This document shows positions 1 to 9,208 of a stretch of 64,000 bases of DNA, one piece after another. The first letter of the stretch is position 1; each line of letters opens with the position of its first letter. The DNA lies in the NCBI GenBank assembly GCA_028023455.1, contig JAQFVV010000005.1, positions 15,500,001-15,564,000 of the forward strand. The letters run 5' to 3'. The notes beneath the pieces were generated by a model that saw only the letters and a list, made by a program, of their open reading frames with translations, was not told the origin of the DNA and searched no databases. Source of the stretch: Epiperipatus broadwayi (taxonomy: Eukaryota; Animalia; Onychophora). A program made the translations under genes and the position numbers.

Positions 1-309
1 TGTAATTTTTTTTTTTTTTAATGAGATATTAATTTATACAATTAAATTCATATTTTTGTTTTTCTTGTTTATTTAATTAAATTTCTAAATTTTTTAGTTG
101 TCTGTCAATTACAAAATCATTTGTGAAAAAATTACACATTTTATTTTTAATCTTGTTTACACAAAACACATTTTTTATTTTTGTTTGTAAACAAAAAAAA
201 ATATACTTTGAGTTTATATTATTTATTGCTTGTTATTTTCAATAGTGATTGTATAGCTCCCCCAAGTGACCATGTCTACCTTCATAGCACCTGCTAAAAG
301 ACCACCTTA

Positions 310-600
310 TAATAAATTAGAAGTTAACAACTTTTTAAATATCTTGGACAAATTATTAATACAGATGGAAATATAACAGAAGAAATATGTCATATGGCTT
401 ATAATATTAATAGAATTAATATTTAAATAAAATAAACCTATATCCTCAAAAAGCAAGGTTTTTTAATTAATGTGTTATACCAGTTCTTGGTTATATCTGA
501 GACTTGATCCCTTAATAGAAGAAGATCAGATCACACCTGGAAGAATTAAAAGAGAAATATGTATTTTAGAATCAAACAGAAATTACTAACATTATTGAAT
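310..600 (+). mobile_element. Decayed RTE-like LINE RT C-terminal fragment
   Basis: Encodes KLEVNN/FKYLGQIINTDGNITEEICH, resembling the FKYLG...DG...EEI motif of RTE-clade RTs; interrupted by stops. Confidence 0.55.
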
Positions 601-1059
601 GAATTAAGAAAATAAAATATAGCTTCGGAACTGGCCTGAGGAAGGATGAATGGTGTAGCAGCTCAAGGCCTACATGATATATATCTTTTGCGAAAATTTA
701 AAAAAAAAAAACATTTCATTACTTGGTAAATATAACTTTGTTCGTTTGTTGTTGATTTTTTTTTTTGGTAAAACTAATTTATAGGTTCTACAATGATTAT
801 TACATTCAAAGTAATATAATTGTAAATGCATTGGTTGTGTGCCATAACATGTATACCTAAAAGTTTTGCAATGCTTTTGTCATGTTAAATGCCAATTTGT
901 ATAATTATATTGAATCAATATTTGATTAAAGAAAATAAAGTACATATGCAAAAAAAAAAAAACATTTTCTTTTAATGTTTTTTTTTTCTAATTCTGATTC
1001 AAAATAAATATAATTCTTAATGAATTGAATTTTTCTTGACTTAATTTATACTAATTATA

Positions 1060-2496
1060 GAGCAGTATTTTGGGGGAGTCCATTATTTTCAAACTGCGAA
1101 AATGGTTAATCAACTACTAATAGACAGCTTGGGCTTTGGAAATTATTCTATTAATTCGTCTTTACATTTTGTGGAAAAAATCAAACAAGCCACGATCGAG
1201 AACAACTTCTACATGACTACCCTCGACGTCAAAGAATTATACGGATCAGTTGACAGAAAACAATCCATTCATATCATCCAACAAGAACTGACCAACATGC
1301 TCTCAGCTGAACGCATTAATTTCATCATTACATTTTTGACATGGATGGACAAACACATCTATACCACATTTGGGTATGGGTGGTACACATGAAAAGTGGA
1401 TGGCCCATGGGTCTCCCACTCAGGGGAATTGTAACCAGCATTTTCCTTAATCACCATGAAAAAAAACTAATCGTATCCAAATATCAAGCTGACTGCCCTC
1501 ACACTATATACATGCGGTATGTAGATGATATATTCATCTTAGCCAACCAACACACTACAAATAGTATCATACAAGATTTATCACAAAACACTAACCTAAC
1601 TATCAATTCCACAGCAGAAGATGCTTTCCAAAGTCTAAATTACCTCGACCTTCGTATAACACGGGATGAGAGAACAATAAATTACCCGATGATAATAAAG
1701 CCCTTTGAAATTAGAGGCTTTATACACCCACACTCCAATTCACCAAGCTCTCACAAATTTGCAGGCCTTCAAGCATTTTTATACAGAAATATGCAACTGT
1801 GCAAGTTTGAAGCAGATAGAAAGAATAATATAGATCTCTACACCAAAGACCTACTACAAGCAGGCTACAAACTCAACACTATTAACAACAAAATTAAACA
1901 ATTTTATAGGAAAATCGCAGACAATAAAAACGATATTAAACTTCCATATATTACTCTTCCACACATAACCTAAAATCTCCTACCAATTAATTAAGGTTTT
2001 GTCCAACAAATTTAAAATTAGTTTTCATACACCCACATGCACTAATCGTCTAATCAATAACTCTAAGGACAAAATCGAACCTTCTCAGACCACCCATGTT
2101 GTTTACAGCATAGCATGCACACAACCCGGTTGCCGGGCCATTTATTTTGGAGAAACCAAAGCAGGCATAATCAATAGGACAGCACAGCATAGATACACCT
2201 ATAATAGAGCCAAAAAAAATAACGGTAAGTCATCAACATTCTTAGAACATTCCAAGAAGACAGGACATGTGTTTGGACCCTCCAGCCCCAAAATAGTCTG
2301 TATTGAAGAAAACGACATCAAGCAGAAAATCAGAGAAGCATACTTCATTAATGGCAATAATGACTCTATCAATAGACGGGACACCTGCTTTGACATCTCC
2401 AAACATTGGACTATTGTTTCCTTGCCCTATTTCCTCGTTCTGCATCTCGCATTACCACTATGAATATGAGGCAAATGGCCTCGAAAGCACTTAGCG
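1060..2496 (+). mobile_element. 5'-truncated Penelope-like element (RT + GIY-YIG endonuclease), two frameshifts, ending in an HHR-like motif
   Basis: ORFs 1102-1392, 1341-1973 and 1999-2463 join via single-base frameshifts near 1388 and 1968. RT motifs: LDVKELYGSV, GWPMG, YMRYVDDIF, LNYLDL. Endonuclease: VVYSIACTQPGC..IYFGET..R..QH with C-x4-C and HSKKTGH. Confidence 0.93.
2456..2496 (+). ncRNA. Minimal type I hammerhead-like motif, A3-U8 core variant (partly decayed)
   Basis: cact-ATGAATA-T-GAGGC aaatg GCCTC-GAAA-GCAC-TT-agcg. Stem II is perfect. Stem I and stem III each carry one CpG-type change (cgct>cact, GCGC>GCAC; inferred). Confidence 0.7.
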
Positions 2497-2659
2497 CATA
2501 ATAATTTTTGGAATCTTTATAGCTTCTCATTCAAGTGTTTCATACACTTCTTAATTTGTATTTTAAATGTCTAAGTAATTTTTTTTATCTTTTGTAAAAG
2601 AAACCCACATGAAAATACTGTCTTAGATCCTGATTTTTTTATGCAAGCTTTGCACAACT

Positions 2660-2875
2660 TATTTGGAAATGTTACTAGAAAAAAATGATGTTATATGGAC
2701 AAATAAAGTCTTAAAAATTATAATTTCAAGAAATTGGAAAAACCATATGTGAGATGAATGGATGTGACATTGTAATTTGCTGGAGTAGAATAGAGAAAAG
2801 AAGCTATGGATTGAAGAAACTAGATGAAAATTATGGAAAATCTTAAAGGCACAGTGGATCATAATGATAATAGAG
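2660..2875 (+). mobile_element. Possible decayed LINE 3' ORF remnant
   Basis: Purine-rich stretch with a degenerate R-W-x-G-H-like segment (gagatgaatggatgtgacattgt); may continue the relic at 310-600. Confidence 0.25.
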
Positions 2876-5542
2876 AGAGAAAGAGATTCATTATATTCTT
2901 ATCTAAACTCTAATCTTTAAATAATATTGATTATATTTTGAAGAAAGAGAGCTTAGTAGCCAAAACAATTCAAAGTATAAATTTTGCATTTATAAATGTA
3001 TGAATATATATATATTAAATTATTTTCAGACCCAAAAATCTAAACATTCAAATTATAATGGTTTTCCACATATTAAACTATAAAATTTTCAGTTATGATG
3101 TAACCAAATAATTGCAAAATCGATAATCTATGTTGAACTACTTCGTCTAGAAATTAACAAATTCATTTGTTTGACTTTGGCCAATTTTTAGCTTAAGATA
3201 AAAATCAGATAAATTAAATTATTAATTTCTAGATCACATGATTCAACTTGGTCTGACAATTTTAATTGGTGATTAATTAGTAATATCATTGCTGAACATT
3301 TAATTTAATTTAATACATGGAAATGCTTATATATATAATGTAATAATTTTTGTTCTTAAAATATTAATAATAAATGGGGAGCAAGTTCTAGCATTGTATT
3401 AATGCAGATTTAATCCTAACATAAAATTAATTGATCACTCACATTATGTGTTTCAGCTTCGACGAATATGTTAGAGGCCTAAACATCTATCAAATACATC
3501 AGAATAGTAGCTAGTGCTTCTCAAATAAATATATTATTGCATTATATTATGTTTATAGTTTGAATGTATTGTACTGTTGCATTTTAATGTTATGCAGTTA
3601 TTATGTAAGGCAGATATAGACTCGTTATGAATCATATAAGTTGATGATTACATAAATTCTATATTGATTAGATAATAGTAGATTTACTGAAAATATATGT
3701 AATAAATAAAGAGTAAATTGTAGTGCTCTTTAATGTAGATTTGGTCTTTAATATCATTAATCACTATCTACAAAAAAAAAAAATAGTTTCTCATATATTT
3801 CAACTACACCTTAGCCATGACAGGTATGCTAGAGATATGAAAAAGGAATTATAATTCTTCAAATCTGAATAGAATACAGATATTCTTATATAAATATATT
3901 AAAACACGCCATGCAAGGTAAATACACTATAGTTTCATTTCAAACTTTCTATCACATAAAAAAACTATACATCATAAATGTTTAAAAATTTATTTAATTA
4001 AAAAAATTTTAAACTTTACTTTTTTAAAAATTTTAAAAGTACATCTTTCCGAAGCCTCCACATATACTTATTCATTCATTCAGTTTGAGAAAGTTCTCAT
4101 AGAATTCAGTTTGTTGAAATACTTATTCAGTTTTTTTATGTTGCTTTGGACCTCTGAAATGATATCACAAGATAGTGTAAGGATAGCTTACAATCGATTG
4201 GAACCAGCTTTGGTTCATAGTGCATTATTCACTAAATTAAACTCATCTAAAAAATAAATTTAGTTAATGGATAGTTGAACATGTATTATCATTTAGATAG
4301 CAAACACACTCATATATGTATATAGATGCACAACCAACATTTATTTTATCAAATGCAATATTAAGAAAAAAAATTTCAATAAATTAAATTCCCTTAGCTG
4401 AAAGAAAGATAAAAATCCTAATTCAAGAGATCAGACACATATATATTTACACAAACAATGAACTAAATGTTAGTATCTTATGTCATTAGACAAGACTTAG
4501 ACTTGGTAGACATTTTTATGACCTAATATCAAGCCAGTCACTAGATAACCACATATGGAAGGTGAAAACAGAATTCTATTACGTAATCATATTTTACTTT
4601 CCATCAACATGACACACATAACAATAAGTATATATCGATGAAAGAGGACATGAAATGCAAGCTTACTAAACAATGGGAATCGAGGGCAGTATAAAAGCAA
4701 ACTCATTTAATTTTCACCATCTTTTTACTTTGTTCAAAAGGACACAATAGGTGTACAATATCAACATCAGAAAATAGAATGTTCGGTTGTCAGAAAATAT
4801 GGAGACTTATTTGAACAGTCCAAATTATTAGTCTAACCGTCGTGATAGAAGCATTCAAAACTACAGCCAATAATTAAACAAAAAAAAAAAGTTTTAATAG
4901 ATTCGCGCAGTTGAATAAAATTAGTCGAGCTGATTTAAACAGATATTTGAAATAAAAGGACTACGCGATTATTCGAATGTGAATAAAAACCAAGAAATAG
5001 ATTATCAGCATATATATACAGAATGAAACAATTCATTTCTCATATAACTTATTAAATACCAAACAGTGAATTAAGAAAAGTTAAATATTTTATGAATTGC
5101 AAAATGATGTACTCCGACTAATTTAATATTGCCATGGGACTGAACTGTCGTTAGCCATGACTAGAGGAGGTGCAATGATTTAACATTCATCTATATATAA
5201 TGCCGGCTTAAACATCAAATACCTGTCTAGAACCTGAGAATGTATATAAAATCTAATAAGAACATGAAGAGGGAAATAACGTTAGTATAAGCAAGCTGCC
5301 AAGGATTTCCCACAAGCAATGCATTACTTGCCAAGGAAGGATGACTGAAATGCGTCTATGAGGGACAGTACTTGCCAAATCCATAAACTCTATTCTGAAT
5401 AATTCGGGAAAGTTTTAAATTGCTATGTATTTTTTTTCTTCATAATATTGAAATAAAATCCTTGTTTCTACTTCACCTTCGAGCAATAAGTTACAACTTG
5501 CGTGTTACGCAAACAAGTGAAGCTTAATATTAAGAGAATTAT

Positions 5543-5589
5543 CAGGCTGAGCGCTTTCAGGAAGCTTTAGTTCCTATATTCATTGCCTA
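5543..5589 (-). ncRNA. Minimal type I hammerhead-like motif, A3-U8 core variant
   Basis: Minus strand: TAGGC(a)-ATGAATA-T-AGGAA ctaaagc TTCCT-GAAA-GCGC-TC-(a)GCCTG. Five-bp stems I and II, palindromic AGCGCT stem III; one mismatch at the base of stem I. Confidence 0.75.
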
Positions 5590-6345
5590 TTTTGGGAGTA
5601 TCTGTTTGAGTTGTGATTTTAAATGACTGGGTAAATAATTTATGCACATTTATTCATTGTCTTCATATAGTCTGCTTTCTAGAGATGGAAAAGCACGATT
5701 CTTTCCGGTTTATTGCATTGTCGTCATTTGCGATGAAGTAGGCTTTTATTTTGCGTTTAGTATCACTGTGCAATGTGCACATGGTCCGTGGATCTTTGGT
5801 GTGAGAGGAATATAGATTTACTTTCAGTGTTGTTTAGTGTTTTCCTATATAAGTAGTTATGCTGAGAAGTTTTGGTAGTGACATTGGCTCAGGTCTTTCC
5901 ATAGTATGCTGCTTTACATCCATTGCTTGGGCATGCAATTTTGTACACTGCTTGTGCTATTTGATCAAAGGGTATTTGGTGTATGGAATCCTAATTCGAA
6001 GGACTCGGCAAATATTTTATAATATTTTTTGGAAATTGATGGTATGTAAAATAACAGCATTCTTGGTTTGTTGTTTCTAGCAGTATCAGTTTTTAGTTTG
6101 TTACGAAATTGTCTAAATTTTTTTGTTGATAGTGTTCTGTAAAAATCCAATGCTTCTCAGTTCTTTTGTATAGTTCGTGAATAGTCATTATTAGTATTTC
6201 TGGTGCTACTATGAATACGTCATCGATGTAGCCTGGATATATTATAGTTGGTTCAATTGAGTAGTACTTAGCCAATATTTGTTTTTCATAATAAATGTGT
6301 TTGTAGAGTTTTGAATTTTCATTTCACTTCCACATCTGGGAACTG
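5543..6345 (-). mobile_element. Decayed Penelope-like element fragment (RT core to GIY-YIG) ending in an HHR-like motif
   Basis: Minus ORF 6093-6275 contains YIDDVFIV. Further on: TYIGK and KRKIKAYFIANDDNAINRKESCFSIS, similar to KQKIREAYFINGNNDSINRRDTCFDIS of the PLE at 1060-2496. Confidence 0.85.
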
Positions 6346-7741
6346 AAATACCTACCAACTTGGAACAGTCCATTGTAGCTAGAATCGTGAAAGCCGGGGG
6401 GGGGGGGGTGTTAAGTTCAAATTTTTTTTTTTTATTGATTAAAATTTAGGTTAGTTCCCCCCTGCATAGTTACTTGACAATGGGATCATCATCTTTTATC
6501 AATATGGAATGAGGTAAGATTTTACTTGATATTGCTCCATATTAAGACCATACACTTCTACAGGACAGAGTTTGTTTGTTTATTTATTTGTTACTTAACG
6601 ATGTTTATATTTGTTTTTTCAGTATGAGAGACTAATCTTCTGGCGTGAATGTTCTCTTCTATGTATTATAGGAAACTTGTACATAGGAGGGAGTCCCGCA
6701 AAGTGAATAGAATCTCTACCATTGAAAATGAATTATGGAGCTAACGCATATATCTATAAATAATATTGTATATTGTCATCTAGCTTCGCATTCATTATAG
6801 TGATGAACTAATAATTTTTCTTTTGTTATATCTTTTCTACTTTGTAAATATCTTTATTGTTTTAGCATGTATATCTATCATGGAAAGGATTGGGTTAATA
6901 AATATATTTATTTGTCAATATGATAGAGATACATATTTGACGTACACACATGTACATTAATATAAAAATACTTGAATATAAAAATATAAACAAATATTAT
7001 AGACAACAATATTTGAATTAATAAATAATGAATTTATTTACATCAAATCGATTTTCGTTCAAAATGAACCTTCTCAAAATGTTAGAATAAATCAAAAAGT
7101 CACGAGATTTATATTAAGTTAGTATACACTTATTATTCAAATTAAATCTTAAAAATTATTATTAGAGTTAATTATCCATCATTTCATAACCGGATATATA
7201 TTGTGCCCTTTTCTATAGGTCAGTAATAATTTATAACAGTCAATTACTAAAAATTTTAAATTTTAGAATGTTCTTTTAATACATTAATTATAGTAAGTCA
7301 ATTATATCTTTAAAGTACAATTTGAAGCTAAAGAGAATACGTAGTATATAAAATCATTTAAAAATAGTTATGTAAAGCTTTAAAAATTGTTTCATATGGT
7401 TGTAAAAGCTGGCCATATTAAATAACACAGCTATAAATATTAAAAGTATATTTAAAAATTCGATTTTAATAGTTTAAAACGTATAATTTAATAAATCCTA
7501 TGTTTAAATTTATAGTCATATTTAATAAACAAAAATTAATATCGTACATTTTAAAAATAAACTTTATGATGGTGAGAATTATATTTAGTTCTATATTTTT
7601 AAAATTATTCTTCCAAATTTTTTTATAATTATTTTATATATAAAGAGCCTGCTACTAGCTCTAAACAAGTTTAATTATTTATTTTTTATGATAAATGCTA
7701 CAAGAGAAAATACATGAAGCTTTTATCTATGATGGTCCCCA

Positions 7742-7783
7742 TCCCCAGACCGGTTTCGAGCTTATGGCTCTCATCAGTGAGGA
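7742..7783 (-). ncRNA. Minimal type I hammerhead ribozyme, array copy 1
   Basis: TCCTCA-CTGATGA-GAGC cataa GCTC-GAAA-CCGG-TC^TGGGGA; canonical core, palindromic ACCGGT stem III, GUC cleavage triplet. Confidence 0.92.
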
Positions 7784-8184
7784 GCTAGGACATAAGATTC
7801 AAAATATTAACTCAAGCCAAGCATTTATCTAATTCTTAAATATTAAGAAAAAGATCCAAATCTTCAGACACCTACATGTCTTCAAATTCAGCTCTTAAAC
7901 CAAAGAAACTATATGAGCCTGAACTAAATTCAGAGGTCCCATATATTAGTAGGCTTAGCAATTTAATATAGCCAAAGCCCTAATAGCAAAATTATAATAG
8001 TAAAAATCAGTCATATATCACATGACCTATATAGCTTGTATTACCAATATGTAATATATAAAGAGCTTGCTACTAGCTCTAAACAAGCTTAATTATTTCT
8101 TTTTTATGATAAATGCTACAAGAGAAAATACATGAAGAAAATACAAGAGAAAATACATGAAGCTTTTATCTATGATGGTCCCCA

Positions 8185-8226
8185 TCCCCAGACCGGTTTC
8201 GAGCTTATGGCTCTCATCCGTGAGGA
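8185..8226 (-). ncRNA. Hammerhead ribozyme, array copy 2 (core CGGAUGA, U4G)
   Basis: Same as copy 1 except plus-strand tcatccg instead of tcatcag. Confidence 0.85.
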
Positions 8227-8602
8227 GCTAGGACATAAGATTCAAAATATTAACTCAAGCCAAGCATTTATCTAATTCTTAAATATTAAGAAAAAGATCC
8301 AAATCTTCAGACACCTACATGTCTTCAAATTCAGCTCTTTAACCAAAGAAACTATATGAGCCTGAACTAAATTCAGAGGTCCCATATATTAGTAGGCTTA
8401 GCAATTTAATATAGCCAAAGCCCTAATAGCAAAATTATAATAGTAAAAATCAGTCATATATCACATGACCTATATAGCTTGTATTACCAATATGTAATAT
8501 ATAAAGAGCCTGCTACTAGCTCTAAACAAGCTTAATTATTTATTTTTTATGATAAATGCTACAAGAGAAAATACATGAAGCTTTTATCTATGATGGTCCC
8601 CA

Positions 8603-8644
8603 TCCCCAGACCGGTTTCGAGCTTATGGCTCTCCTCAGTGAGGA
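8603..8644 (-). ncRNA. Hammerhead ribozyme, array copy 3 (core CUGAGGA)
   Basis: Same as copy 1 except at the variable position 7 (plus-strand tcctcag). Confidence 0.9.
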
Positions 8645-8715
8645 GCTAGGACATAAGATTCAAAATATTAACTCAAGCCAAGCATTTATCTAATTCTTAA
8701 ATATTAAGAAAAAGA

Positions 8716-8755
8716 TCCACTGATGAGAGCCATAAGCTCGAAACCGGTCTGGGGA
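8716..8755 (+). ncRNA. Hammerhead ribozyme, array copy 4 (at the inversion junction, shortened stem I)
   Basis: tcca-CTGATGA-GAGC cataa GCTC-GAAA-CCGG-TC^tggg; the 5' stem I strand comes from junction sequence. Confidence 0.85.
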
Positions 8756-9166
8756 TGGGGACCATCATAGATAAAAGCTTCATGTATTTTCATGTATTTT
8801 CTCTTGTATTTTCTTCATGTATTTTCTCTTGTAGCATTTATCATAAAAAGTAAATAATTAAGCTTGTTTAGAGCTAGTAGCAGGCTCTTTATATATTACA
8901 TATTGGTAATACAAGCTATATAGGTCATGTGATATATGACTGATTTTTACTATTATAATTTTGCTATTAGGGCTTTGGCTATATTAAATTGCTAAGCCTA
9001 CTAATATATGGGACCTCTGAATTTAGTTCAGGCTCATATAGTTTCTTTGGTTAAAGAGCTGAATTTGAAGACATGTAGGTGTCTGAAGATTTGGATCTTT
9101 TTCTTAATATTTAAGAATTAGATAAATGCTTGGCTTGAGTTAATATTTTGAATCTTATGTCCTAGC

Positions 9167-9208
9167 TCCTCACTGATGAGAGCCATAAGCTCGAAACCGG
9201 TCTGGGGA
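9167..9208 (+). ncRNA. Hammerhead ribozyme, array copy 5 (complete)
   Basis: TCCTCA-CTGATGA(9173-9179)-GAGC cataa GCTC-GAAA-CCGG-TC^TGGGGA; stem I extends via GTCCT/GGGAC beyond an AGC/TG internal loop; predicted cleavage after C9202. Confidence 0.93.
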
